Shown here piece by piece: positions 17,119-26,768 of a DNA stretch of 64,000 nt. Made by a program: the position numbers and the translations under genes. The notes under the pieces were generated by a model that had not been told where the DNA came from, made no database searches, and saw only the letters and a list, made by a program, of their open reading frames with translations. Each line of letters starts with the position of its first letter. The first letter of the stretch is position 1. Source of the stretch: a virus (taxonomy: Duplodnaviria; Caudoviricetes); IMG/VR virus record IMGVR_UViG_3300029798_000001. One strand, 5' to 3'.

Positions 17119-17804
17119 AAGTTTTAATAAATACTTTTATGGGAAGAACTAAAGGTAGTTTAAGTAAAATACCAAAAATACAATATCCACGCAAATGCGA
17201 TCACTGCGATTATGTTTCAAATAATCCGCAGATGTATTCCTATCATAAACAAACTCACCAATCCATTCCTTACGGAACATTGTGTAATCAAGGATGCGGA
17301 CAACTGGCAAAATACACTAATACCAAAGGTAATCATACCTGTGAAAAAATAGCTCAGCATTGTCCTCAATACGTTAAAGAACACTCAGCAAGAGTAGAAT
17401 CACAGTGGAAAAATGATGATGCCCGTAAAGAAAAAACTAAAGAATTGTTTATAAAACATTGCAATACTCTGGCAGTTAGAAAACGACACAAAGAAATATG
17501 GCAAGAAAAATCTCAAATATACACTCCTGAACAGGCAAAGGAATATAGACATTATGCCCGTAGAATTAGACAAAAGGCACAAAAATGGGCCCGCGAGCAG
17601 GGTTATATATTAGGTCAGCAAACCTATCATGTAGATCATAAGTTTAGTATTATAGATGCATGGAATGCTGGGCTCAGTATTGAGATTGTAAATCATCCTG
17701 CTAACCTACAGATATTAGAAGCTAAGAAGAATAGTAGTAAAGGCCCTAACAGTAGTATCACGTTAACAGAATTAATGGAGGTTGTAAATAATGGCAATAC
17801 CTAA
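17115..17804 (+). mobile_element. Free-standing HNH-type homing endonuclease-like gene
   Basis: C-terminal YHVDHKFS...NHPANLQIL...NSSKG; N-terminal Cys/His clusters and basic helical repeats. Confidence 0.7.
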
Positions 17805-17958
17805 AAAAGTATTAGAATGGCGCAAAGCACATCCGCGCACTTTAGAAGAGCAAGCTCAAGCACCAAAAACCTTGGAAGAATTGAAAGATCAATGGTTGCA
17901 ATGCCGAGCGAATCTTACTAACTTACTAGAGAGTTTAAGATCTCGTGAAAATAAATGA
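17791..17958 (+). CDS. 55-aa hypothetical protein, absent from the ORF track
   Basis: GGAGG RBS; MAIPKKVLEWRKAHPRTLEEQ... Confidence 0.5.
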   Translation: MAIPKKVLEWRKAHPRTLEEQAQAPKTLEELKDQWLQCRANLTNLLESLRSRENK

Positions 17959-18274
17959 TATTTTAACCGAGGCGCACGACGAAGACATTCATAGTTGGGT
18001 CGCAATGATCACCGGAGTTGATGTTGGGCAAATGAGCACTGACGTTGACGAAGTATTTAATAAACACAAACTTAATCCTACTACTTCTATTAAACAACTA
18101 GAGGAAATTTTAAAAACAGTTCATGCTACGTTTGATGATGATAGATATTGGCACGAAGCCGCCAAATTTGGTGAAGTGAAACAACAGCAACTAGCAGATG
18201 AATTAATAGCTTTAGAAACCAAAATAGAAGGCTATCTAAAGCAAATATCTACTCCATCCGTCGAACTAAAGTAA
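17945..18274 (+). CDS. Hypothetical protein with an MKINDILTEA N-terminus
   Basis: ORF track; GTG start. Confidence 0.55.
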   Translation: MKINDILTEAHDEDIHSWVAMITGVDVGQMSTDVDEVFNKHKLNPTTSIKQLEEILKTVHATFDDDRYWHEAAKFGEVKQQQLADELIALETKIEGYLKQISTPSVELK

Positions 18275-18626
18275 TCGACTTTCGCTTGGATTTCTTGCGG
18301 GCTATTTCGCTTAAACTACACACAGGCCCGTGTAATATTTCCAGATCTTTGTTAACAAAAGTTCTAGTATATGCTTTAAACGGATCCCATTCGGTCTTAA
18401 GGAATATGTTAATAGGGACACTACGGTTGCTTTCCCACCACCAAATGTTGGCTAATTCTAAAAACTTCTTTTTAGTGTCCAAGTCCTGTATACTACCAAA
18501 GTCGTAGATTGTGGTAATTGTTTCGTCTTGATTTTGTATAATTCCCAGATATTCTGAGGCAGCGTAAACACACAGCGTTATAAACGGGTATTTTTCGGCT
18601 AATTGGGTAAAAACATCATTATTCAT
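18249..18626 (-). CDS. Hypothetical protein
   Basis: 125-aa minus-strand ORF with a late-type ATAAATA 9 nt upstream; the + strand has no long ORF here. Confidence 0.7.
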   Translation of the reverse strand: MNNDVFTQLAEKYPFITLCVYAASEYLGIIQNQDETITTIYDFGSIQDLDTKKKFLELANIWWWESNRSVPINIFLKTEWDPFKAYTRTFVNKDLEILHGPVCSLSEIARKKSKRKSITLVRRME

Positions 18627-18665
18627 ATTATGGGATATTTATGGTTCGGGTTAGGCCTTTAAAAC

Positions 18666-18673
18666 TATAAATA
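18666..18673 (+). promoter_or_regulatory. T4-type late promoter TATAAATA
   Basis: Exact T4 late consensus, 5 nt before the ATG at 18679. Confidence 0.75.
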
Positions 18674-18678
18674 CAAAT

Positions 18679-19830
18679 ATGTATTCTACCCAAGCCTATA
18701 TATACCAACAGATCACATCAGTATTATTGATAGACACTGGCGACGGAGAAACTTTCACTTATAGGTATAATCCTGTGTACGCCAAAAAACTAACTATTAA
18801 CAAGGGAATTGACAATGTTTTATTATTTCAATTCATCAACCAAGAAGAAAAACCTGTAGATATTACAGGTAGTTCATTTATGTTCCGGGTAATTAACACC
18901 GCTGGTACTGAGATACTAATTGATCAACCGATGATAACACTAAATGCTCCGCTAGGCCGTGCAAAAGTAACTTTGCTGGGCTCGGATCTACTGGATGTAC
19001 TGGCGCAACCTGCAAATTACAGCATAACCCGTGCCAGTGGAAACCTTAACGAAGCGGTGTTTACCAATGCACAATCGGGTGCCCGTGCTCCTTTGGATAT
19101 TGTTGACAGCTCATTTCCACGCTATGTTCCGAGCGCACCGTTGACTATTCCTACTACCAAACTATCAGCACAAGGCAGTTACGATGGTGCTAGTTTTGCT
19201 GATTATGCAACCCAAAATAATTATTGGTCTGGCAATCCTAATGGTGCTAACTACTGGAATAGTTTTTTAAACACAGAATTCTTCAGTAGTTTTGTAGTAC
19301 CTAAACAATCAATAACCACAGTTCAAATGGACTTGGTTGGATACACAGGAACAATCAAAGCTCAGGCCGCAGAAAATTATGAAAGTATTCCGTATAATGT
19401 AACTGAGAGTACTACTTACTACAATGAAACCCGCACCATCTATATGAACATTGTTGGGTGGTATCCATTGGTTAGATTATGTTTTAACAACAGTATTTTT
19501 GCCACGCCGAACCAACCTGGCATCCCAGCCCAGGCCTATGCTGTTTGTGTAGAAGGGGTCGTTACTAGTATTGTAGTTATCAATGCCGGATCCGGGTATT
19601 TGGCGCCACCGCAGATTGATATTGTTGGCGATGGATCGGGTGCTACTGCAAGAGCCATCCTTAGTGATACTGGATCAGTTGAAAGTATTGAAGTTACTAA
19701 TGGTGGATCTGGATATTGGGTAGTACCCAATGCCGGGGTTGTTGCTTCGTATTATCCGGTGCCCCCAAACAATCAAGGTGCATTGGTATTAATCGGCACT
19801 GGCTTTGTTCAAAATCTATACTACCGATAA
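18679..19830 (+). CDS. Late virion structural protein (baseplate/tail-associated candidate)
   Basis: Late promoter; beta-rich; C-terminal V.NAGSGY..PP.I.I.G.G.GATA repeat typical of virion proteins. Confidence 0.55.
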   Translation: MYSTQAYIYQQITSVLLIDTGDGETFTYRYNPVYAKKLTINKGIDNVLLFQFINQEEKPVDITGSSFMFRVINTAGTEILIDQPMITLNAPLGRAKVTLLGSDLLDVLAQPANYSITRASGNLNEAVFTNAQSGARAPLDIVDSSFPRYVPSAPLTIPTTKLSAQGSYDGASFADYATQNNYWSGNPNGANYWNSFLNTEFFSSFVVPKQSITTVQMDLVGYTGTIKAQAAENYESIPYNVTESTTYYNETRTIYMNIVGWYPLVRLCFNNSIFATPNQPGIPAQAYAVCVEGVVTSIVVINAGSGYLAPPQIDIVGDGSGATARAILSDTGSVESIEVTNGGSGYWVVPNAGVVASYYPVPPNNQGALVLIGTGFVQNLYYR

Positions 19831-19832
19831 AC

Positions 19833-19861
19833 TTGCATCTTCCTAAACAATCTGCTATAAT
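19833..19861 (+). promoter_or_regulatory. Sigma70-type promoter; primase probably leaderless
   Basis: TTGCAT-17-TATAAT with TG extension; ATG 5 nt downstream. Confidence 0.7.
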
Positions 19862-19866
19862 GTAGT

Positions 19867-20829
19867 ATGATTGATGTGGTTTCCTTTTTACCAGGCAAGA
19901 GAAAACAGACCAGTTCGGGCTGGGTTTCAGTAAATGCACCGTGTTGTGTACATCGTGGTGAATCCGCTGATCGTCGTATGCGTGGGGGTATAAAATCCTC
20001 CCCCGACGGTAGTTTCAGTTGGCATTGTTTCAATTGTGGTTATACTGCTAGTTTTGTTCTTGGGCGGAACCTAACATTCAAGGCTCGTAAACTATTAGAG
20101 TGGATAAATGTACCACAAGAAGAAATTGAGCGTATAAATCTTGAAAGTTTAAAACACAAATCAATTGAAGGATTAATTCAAGAGCGTCAAGTAGTAGCTG
20201 ATCGAATACAAGGTATAGAATTTGAAGAAAGAGATTTGCCAGCAGATACGCACCCACTTAATGAAGCAGGAACAAACTATCTTCAAAAGCGTTGCATACC
20301 GTTGGACTATCCGTTCTTGTTTAAGACTATGCCACGCAATGGTATTGTAATTCCGTTTACATATGATAATCAAATTGTTGGACATACTACTAGATTCTTA
20401 GATGATCGCACACCTAGATATATTCAAGACATACAACCGGGTTATGTATTTGGCACCGACCTACAAAAATTAAATTGGCAATATGTAGTAGTTATGGAAG
20501 GTGTATTTGATGCACTTAGCATTAACGGGTTGGCAGTGTTACACGCAGAGATCAATGATGCACAAGTTAAATTAATACGCAGTCTAGGAAAAGAAATTAT
20601 TGTAGTCCCAGATCAAGACGAAGCTGGTATGAAACTAGTAGACCGGGCGGTGGAACTAGGGTGGGCGGTAAGTATGCCCGAGTGGCCCGCAGAGGTCAAA
20701 GATGTAAACGATGCGGTAATTCGTTGGGGTAGACTAGCAACTTTGCTAACTATAATGCAGGCTCGAGAAACTAGTAAAATTAAAATAGAACTAAGGAAGA
20801 AACAACTTGTTAAAAGATTACGGACTTGA
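19867..20829 (+). CDS. gp61: DNA primase (zinc ribbon + TOPRIM)
   Basis: NAPCC...WHCFNCG; MEGVFDAL; VPDQDEAG. Confidence 0.85.
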   Translation: MIDVVSFLPGKRKQTSSGWVSVNAPCCVHRGESADRRMRGGIKSSPDGSFSWHCFNCGYTASFVLGRNLTFKARKLLEWINVPQEEIERINLESLKHKSIEGLIQERQVVADRIQGIEFEERDLPADTHPLNEAGTNYLQKRCIPLDYPFLFKTMPRNGIVIPFTYDNQIVGHTTRFLDDRTPRYIQDIQPGYVFGTDLQKLNWQYVVVMEGVFDALSINGLAVLHAEINDAQVKLIRSLGKEIIVVPDQDEAGMKLVDRAVELGWAVSMPEWPAEVKDVNDAVIRWGRLATLLTIMQARETSKIKIELRKKQLVKRLRT

Positions 20830-22213
20830 TGTCCAACGCTTATTCTTAGAAATGATGTTGCAGGACGCAGAAAGTTATGTTCGCGTTCAAAACATTTACA
20901 ATCCAGAAAACTTTGACCGCAGTCTTAGACCCGCTGCTGAGTTTATTGCCAAGCATAGCGATGAACATAAAACATTACCCGCACCAGAACAGATTACAGC
21001 CGCAACTGGCATTAAACTTAATCATATTCCAGATTTAAATGAAGGACACTTTGAGTGGTTCATGGACGAGTTTGAGGCATTTACAAAAAAACAAGAACTA
21101 GAGCGAGCAATTTTGAAAAGTGCAGATCTACTCGAGACTGGTAACGAATTTGGGCAGATTGAAAAACTAATCAAAGATGCTGTTCAAATTAGTTTGACCA
21201 AGGACATGGGCACAGACTATTTTGCCGATCCGCGGTTTCGTATTGACAAATATTTTAATTCAGGTGGCCAGGTAAGCACAGGATGGCCACAAATGGATAA
21301 GATCTTGTATGGCGGATTTAGTCGAGGTGAGCTTAACATTTTTGCTGGCGGATCTGGGTCGGGTAAGAGTCTTGTTATGATGAACATTGCATTGGGTTGG
21401 TTGCAAGCCGGGCTAAGTGGTGTGTATATCAGTTTAGAACTTAGTGAAGAACTATGTGCGTTAAGAACCGATGCAATGTTATCTGGTATGAGCACAAAAG
21501 AAATTCGTCGAGATATTGATCAAACTGAACTTAAAGTTAAGTTGGTATCTAAGAAAGCTGGACAATATCGTATTAAGGCATTACCGGCACAGAGTAACAT
21601 TAACGATATCCGCAGTTACATCAAAGAAGTACAAGTGCAGACAGGATTGAAAGTGGATTTTGTCATGTGTGATTACTTGGATTTGTTAATGCCAGTTAGT
21701 GCTAAAGTCAGCCCAAATGATTTATTTGTTAAAGACAAGTATGTGTCGGAAGAACTGCGTAACTTGGCCAAAGAACTTAATGTATTGTTTGTGACAGCAA
21801 GTCAGTTAAATCGTAGTGCGGTAGAAGAAATTGAGTTTGATCATAGCCATATTAGTGGTGGTATCAGTAAGATTAATACAGCGGATAATGTGTTTGGCAT
21901 CTTTACAAGTCGTGCTATGCGTGAGCGTGGAAAATATCAAATTCAATGTATGAAAAGTCGAAGTAGTACAGGTGTTGGTATGAAGATCGATTTGGACTAT
22001 AATGTTGAAACTATGCGTATTACAGATCCAGGAGAAGACGAGCAATCTAATTTTAAACGCCCAGGCGGAAATTTGTTAGATTCAATTAAGGCAAAAAGCA
22101 CAATGATTAATGGAACCGAACCGGCCGCAGAACACGAAGAATCAGGAAAAATTACTGCCGATGTGCAAAGCGCCAAACTAAAACAGCTATTAGGGCAAAT
22201 TAAAGCCAACTAA
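20807..22213 (+). CDS. gp41: DnaB-like replicative helicase
   Basis: GGSGSGKS, YISLELSEE, CDYLDLL, TASQLNR, KSR. Confidence 0.9.
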   Translation: MLKDYGLDVQRLFLEMMLQDAESYVRVQNIYNPENFDRSLRPAAEFIAKHSDEHKTLPAPEQITAATGIKLNHIPDLNEGHFEWFMDEFEAFTKKQELERAILKSADLLETGNEFGQIEKLIKDAVQISLTKDMGTDYFADPRFRIDKYFNSGGQVSTGWPQMDKILYGGFSRGELNIFAGGSGSGKSLVMMNIALGWLQAGLSGVYISLELSEELCALRTDAMLSGMSTKEIRRDIDQTELKVKLVSKKAGQYRIKALPAQSNINDIRSYIKEVQVQTGLKVDFVMCDYLDLLMPVSAKVSPNDLFVKDKYVSEELRNLAKELNVLFVTASQLNRSAVEEIEFDHSHISGGISKINTADNVFGIFTSRAMRERGKYQIQCMKSRSSTGVGMKIDLDYNVETMRITDPGEDEQSNFKRPGGNLLDSIKAKSTMINGTEPAAEHEESGKITADVQSAKLKQLLGQIKAN

Positions 22214-22267
22214 TATTATAACATTTTAGTGCCTAATCGCACTAAATAATAAAAAGGTTCTGGCCCA

Positions 22268-22516
22268 ATGCAAAAGAAAACTCGTAGTTTATTAGAAGAA
22301 TTAGACTCAATGTATATTGAGCGCGATCAGCGCCATATTATTGAAAACCGCGCCGCCAATATTATAGCCAGTGCTATACGCTTGCTAGAGCAGATCGACG
22401 AAAATTACAGCACCGACGATGCCCAGAATTTACAGCGTAAATTACTAAACGCCATTAATCATCGCGATCCCGGTAAGTTTACACGCACGGTAAGGAAAAC
22501 TGATGCAAATTCATGA
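22268..22516 (+). CDS. Late hypothetical protein
   Basis: ORF track; upstream CTAAATA inside a TTTAGTGC/GCACTAAA hairpin. Confidence 0.65.
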   Translation: MQKKTRSLLEELDSMYIERDQRHIIENRAANIIASAIRLLEQIDENYSTDDAQNLQRKLLNAINHRDPGKFTRTVRKTDANS

Positions 22517-23321
22517 AATAACTCTCAGAGAAGCAGAGTGGGAGCCGCTTGATCCTAAAAAGATTATGGCCACAGCTAGACCAACAAAATTTAACTATGG
22601 GACACCACCTATAGCACCGAGAGTTGGTACCGAACTACCAACTGATCCCGCTACATCTAAAGAAAAACAAGATGACCTAGCAACCAAACAAGCTCAATAC
22701 CAGCAACAATCGGCAGATGCGGTAAACGCTATGAAAACAAAATCAACACCACAAGTAGGCCAATCTCTCCCACAAGTAAAACAACCCACCCCGTCTAACG
22801 GAGCAGGCGCATTTGGGCAAATGGCTCAGCAGTTGCAGAAACCTGCTACTCCTTCGGGACCAACACAGTCTAGCACTCAAGGAACAATTACCCCAACTGC
22901 AACAGGAGTAGTACATACTGCTAGTGAACGAAATCCTAATCCACGCACAGAACCCATAGGTGCTCAGCAAAAGTGGGACATTGAATTTAGAAAATTACAA
23001 AACCAATATCCAGGCCGTACCCCTCAACAATATCAACAAGCAATGTTACAAAGAGTAGGAACAGCTCGTCCTAATGGCACACCTGCATCACAAGCTGCAC
23101 CCGCACCGCAGGTCGTTGCAACAGCACAGCCCGGGACTACTATAAAATCTGCTCCTCGTCCAGTGCAACCAGCACCTGCCGCAACAACACAATTCCCACC
23201 GATTACACTGGGTACTGGGTCCAAAGCACAAGTATATGTTAATAAAGGTAGAGGCTATATTGATAGCAAAACAGGCAAACCGATGCCCCCGAGTATTATT
23301 CAGGCCATGGGTATAAAATGA
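22503..23321 (+). CDS. Gln/Pro/Thr-rich hypothetical protein (MQIHEI N-terminus)
   Basis: ORF track; low-complexity composition. Confidence 0.65.
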   Translation: MQIHEITLREAEWEPLDPKKIMATARPTKFNYGTPPIAPRVGTELPTDPATSKEKQDDLATKQAQYQQQSADAVNAMKTKSTPQVGQSLPQVKQPTPSNGAGAFGQMAQQLQKPATPSGPTQSSTQGTITPTATGVVHTASERNPNPRTEPIGAQQKWDIEFRKLQNQYPGRTPQQYQQAMLQRVGTARPNGTPASQAAPAPQVVATAQPGTTIKSAPRPVQPAPAATTQFPPITLGTGSKAQVYVNKGRGYIDSKTGKPMPPSIIQAMGIK

Positions 23322-25243
23322 AAATCTTTGAAGGCGGTAATGTATTTAAGAACAGCGACGGCCAAGCCTTAACACAGCGCATTAATCAAATTGATGTCAA
23401 ACCCACTCTCGCCTGGCTTGAAGAAATGCTTCCTGGGTTAGATTTACAGAACAACACACTTGGATCAACTGGAATTAAAGATACCAGCGGTGATTTAGAT
23501 ATTGCGGTAGATGCTAATCGAGTTAGTAAAGAACAATTAGAATATAGACTTAAATCCTGGGCAGTTGCTAACAAATTTAAACCCGAAGACTATGTTCGTA
23601 AGTCCGGCAGTGCCGTACATTTTAAAACTCCTATAGACGGCCGCCCAGATCGTGGCTATGTGCAAACAGATTTTATGTTTATGAAAGATGTTCCGTGGTC
23701 AAAGTTTGTACTAGGTGCAATGCCAGTGGACAGCAAATATAAAGGTCGCGAGCGCAATGTATTAATGAATAGTATCGCTAAAAGTTTAGGATACAAACTA
23801 AATCAAAATGCTGGTATTGCCGATCGTGCCAAAGACACATTAATTTCCAATGATCCAGATGCAGTGGCTAAACTGTTATTGAACAAAACGGCCACAAGAC
23901 AAGACTTAGCAAGTGTAGAATCGATATTACAGGCACTTAGCACCGATCCTAAGCGCGATGCAAAATTAGCCGACTTTAAACAACACATGGAACGCGAAGG
24001 CCTACCGTTTATGGAAAGCACAGATTCCGATACTTATATAGAATATAGTGATGTAAACTTCCTTGCCCGTCTCCGCGATCGCATTGTCAATCAAGGCATG
24101 CAGGTTATTGTAGAAGCCGAAGTACAAGGCGGACGAGCCAAAGGCATTGAACACTTAGAAGATTATGTATTCCGTAATGGTAGTGCCGGTATCAAGAAGG
24201 CATTAGATATTGTAAAACATACTTCCGCTGATACAGGAAAAACCACTACAGTTAAATGGGATGGTAAGCCAGCATTAGTCTTTGGCCGAGATGCCAATGG
24301 TACATTTATATTAACTGATGTATCTGGGTTTACTGCCAAAGGTTACAATGGATTGTTTACCAGCCCTAACCAAGTTACACGACATTTAGCCGCAAGAGAT
24401 GCCGATGCAGCGGCACAAGGTAAGGCTGCCACCCGGGTTCAAGATCTTTCTCCTATATATAATAAGTTATGGGATATGTTAGATGCTGCTGTTCCTCCTA
24501 ACTACCGTGGGTTTGTTCAAGGCGATCTATTATACATGAATACACCGCCGCTGGAATCTGGAAATTATGTGTTTACACCCAATGCTATAGAATATAAAAT
24601 CCCAGCTAATAGCGATATAGGACAGCGTATAGGTGCTAGTGAGGTTGGCATTGCTATGCACACAAAATATGCAGAACCAGGAGCACCAAAAGAACCACTT
24701 GGCAATGTTCAGTTTAAACGGGTACCTGGATTACTATTATTAGAACCTGTGTATGCTAAAGAAAATGTTAAACCAGAAACACAGCTGGTTAAGCAACTAC
24801 AAGGTCTTTATAGATCTCAAGGTGCAGCTATTGATCAACTATTCAATCCCAACGATCTTCGTGCATTACAAATTACTGATTTACCTAAATTATGTGTGGA
24901 TTATATTAATAGTCGAGTAGGCACCGGATTTGATAATTTGTTAGCACAATTTGGGCCGTGGTTACAACAACGAGTTACTCCTAAGAAATTTAAAAATATT
25001 GTAGAATATCTACAAAGTCCCCGTAGTAATTTAGCAGGAATGGCCGCAGCATTTACTGCTTGGGAGCTGTTACATGATATTAAAATGGATATTTTAGGAC
25101 AATTAGACCTACAACATCCAGGGCAAGAAGGCTGGGTAATGGCCACTCCTGGCGGTATGGCCAAGGCTGTTAACCGGTTAGCTGGCGGATTTACTGCAGC
25201 AAATCGTCAAATAAACAACCCAGAACCGGTAGCTAACTCCTAA
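23318..25243 (+). CDS. Fusion of a Pol-beta-superfamily nucleotidyltransferase and a ligase-like (KxDG) domain
   Basis: N-terminal LGSTG...SGDLD...VQTDF; C-terminal KWDG, VQGDLLY, EGWV, AKAV. Confidence 0.6.
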   Translation: MKIFEGGNVFKNSDGQALTQRINQIDVKPTLAWLEEMLPGLDLQNNTLGSTGIKDTSGDLDIAVDANRVSKEQLEYRLKSWAVANKFKPEDYVRKSGSAVHFKTPIDGRPDRGYVQTDFMFMKDVPWSKFVLGAMPVDSKYKGRERNVLMNSIAKSLGYKLNQNAGIADRAKDTLISNDPDAVAKLLLNKTATRQDLASVESILQALSTDPKRDAKLADFKQHMEREGLPFMESTDSDTYIEYSDVNFLARLRDRIVNQGMQVIVEAEVQGGRAKGIEHLEDYVFRNGSAGIKKALDIVKHTSADTGKTTTVKWDGKPALVFGRDANGTFILTDVSGFTAKGYNGLFTSPNQVTRHLAARDADAAAQGKAATRVQDLSPIYNKLWDMLDAAVPPNYRGFVQGDLLYMNTPPLESGNYVFTPNAIEYKIPANSDIGQRIGASEVGIAMHTKYAEPGAPKEPLGNVQFKRVPGLLLLEPVYAKENVKPETQLVKQLQGLYRSQGAAIDQLFNPNDLRALQITDLPKLCVDYINSRVGTGFDNLLAQFGPWLQQRVTPKKFKNIVEYLQSPRSNLAGMAAAFTAWELLHDIKMDILGQLDLQHPGQEGWVMATPGGMAKAVNRLAGGFTAANRQINNPEPVANS

Positions 25244-25257
25244 TTTTTACCAAACGG

Positions 25258-25265
25258 TATAAATA
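25258..25265 (+). promoter_or_regulatory. Late promoter TATAAATA
   Basis: Exact consensus upstream of 25306. Confidence 0.75.
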
Positions 25266-25305
25266 AAAGCAGGACCTCTGTGTCCATATATTAAGGAGAT
25301 TTAAA

Positions 25306-25725
25306 ATGGCTTATATTACCGTAGTTTCTGGTGGCGCACAACCAGTATTCGCAACTGATGTATTAAATGGTTCAGTTGCTCAGTCCGCAAACATCGCAGC
25401 TCAAGGTCCTGTAAATTTTCAAGGTCCAAAACTTGACTTTTTCTCAATCGTATCTAACAACTCTATGGTTACTTCTGGTGCTGCAAATGCTGCTGGTTTT
25501 ATTAGTAATACTTTAACAGGTATTCAACAAACCACAACAGTTGCAATGTATCAAGTTGATCCATTGACACCAACAATTTTGCAATTGGCATTGTACCCAA
25601 CAGGTGCTGCTAATACAGCAACATTATTGGCTTCAGCTCAAGGTGCTAACGCATCTGGCGGCTTGAACTATGGTTGGACAGCTGCTTATGGCAACGCAAC
25701 TTTTGTTTCGTCACCATTGGTTTAA
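25306..25725 (+). CDS. Probable abundant virion protein
   Basis: Own late promoter, TAAGGAG RBS, Ala/Gly/Thr-rich, own terminator. Confidence 0.6.
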   Translation: MAYITVVSGGAQPVFATDVLNGSVAQSANIAAQGPVNFQGPKLDFFSIVSNNSMVTSGAANAAGFISNTLTGIQQTTTVAMYQVDPLTPTILQLALYPTGAANTATLLASAQGANASGGLNYGWTAAYGNATFVSSPLV

Positions 25726-25748
25726 TTAATTTAATTAATTAGTAATGC

Positions 25749-25781
25749 AAAAACCCTAGAATTAAAACTCTAGGGTTTTTT
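25749..25781 (+). terminator. Intrinsic terminator
   Basis: AAAAACCCTAGA-ATTAAAAC-TCTAGGGTTTTTT. Confidence 0.85.
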
Positions 25782-25799
25782 GTTGGCTAAGTATTTTAT

Positions 25800-26048
25800 A
25801 TGATGGTTAGCAAAATTACAGAATTAACAGTGTTTGAAAGTCCCGACGGTGGTCGTACAGTGTATGCTCGCCGCCCCGGAAGCACAGTAAGAGAATTACA
25901 TAGACAGGATCCAGAACTTCAACGAGAACTCGAAGAGCTTGAACAACAAAAACGCTGGGTTGATATATTTTCTGCTCGCAGAGACAATCCAGAATTAAAT
26001 AATCTATGTGAAAAAATAGAAATATTTTACGAGCTGAGTAAAAAATGA
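25800..26048 (+). CDS. Small phage hypothetical protein (ESPDGG motif)
   Basis: ORF track; CTAAGTA 6 nt upstream of the ATG. Confidence 0.65.
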   Translation: MMVSKITELTVFESPDGGRTVYARRPGSTVRELHRQDPELQRELEELEQQKRWVDIFSARRDNPELNNLCEKIEIFYELSKK

Positions 26049-26467
26049 GATTTGTCTGCCAAACTCAATTTGATATTACTGCAACTAGGGTAACTGGACA
26101 TTTTAAATCAACAAAAATTCCATTTTATGATCGCGCAGGGCAAGAAATTACCGATATACAATCTTGGAATCGCGCCAGGAATCAACAAAGAAATTGGGAA
26201 ACACTGACACAATTAATATCTATGCGAGCTCAGATTTTTGATTTGTTAGAACCAACGGAGTACCACGGATCTTGGAGTTTTGAATTTGAAGTCGAAACAC
26301 CCGATGTGTTTGGTACTAAAGAAGATCCGGTAGCAGTTTTAAGAGAAGATGCCGACGGCATTCCTATGATTACTAATTTAAATAATACACTAGAATTAGG
26401 ATCAGTTTTAATTAGTCATGGTACTAATAAGAACATCTGGTTTATGCCTATCTCCATAAATAGTTAA
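26045..26467 (+). CDS. Hypothetical protein
   Basis: ORF track; ATGA coupling. Confidence 0.65.
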   Translation: MRFVCQTQFDITATRVTGHFKSTKIPFYDRAGQEITDIQSWNRARNQQRNWETLTQLISMRAQIFDLLEPTEYHGSWSFEFEVETPDVFGTKEDPVAVLREDADGIPMITNLNNTLELGSVLISHGTNKNIWFMPISINS

Positions 26468-26504
26468 TAGGAATTAGTAATTCCACTAAACTAGAGAAAA
26501 TAAC

Positions 26505-26768
26505 ATGGTCGAACCAACGGAAATAGAAAAGCATAGCCTCGAAGCGCATGTAGAATTATGTGCCGAGAGATACAATGGTCTTATTGCACAATTAACCAAT
26601 TTAGATACCAAGATTAATAGTGTGTCTGCTATGGTTAAAGAAGTTAAAGATTGTGTAAGTAAATTAACCGAAAAAAATACTGATAGGTTAATTAATTGGG
26701 GAGTGGGAATCATTGGATTCTTAGGAGCATCAGTACTTTATCTAACAGCACACTACGTCTTTAAATGA
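26505..26768 (+). CDS. Coiled-coil protein with C-terminal TM helix
   Basis: Heptad segment, then LINWGVGIIGFLGASVLYL. Confidence 0.6.
   Translation: MVEPTEIEKHSLEAHVELCAERYNGLIAQLTNLDTKINSVSAMVKEVKDCVSKLTEKNTDRLINWGVGIIGFLGASVLYLTAHYVFK

Noticed and set aside
16543-17958. Full-length dnaE broken by a frameshift or by an intron carrying the HNH
   Set aside because: The deletions relative to DnaE lie between motifs inside one open frame, and the flanking ORFs show no PHP, thumb or OB motifs. No intron-like structure was recognised.
25722-25742. TTAATTAA tandem/palindromic tract
   Set aside because: Low-complexity AT sequence between a stop codon and a terminator; expected by chance.
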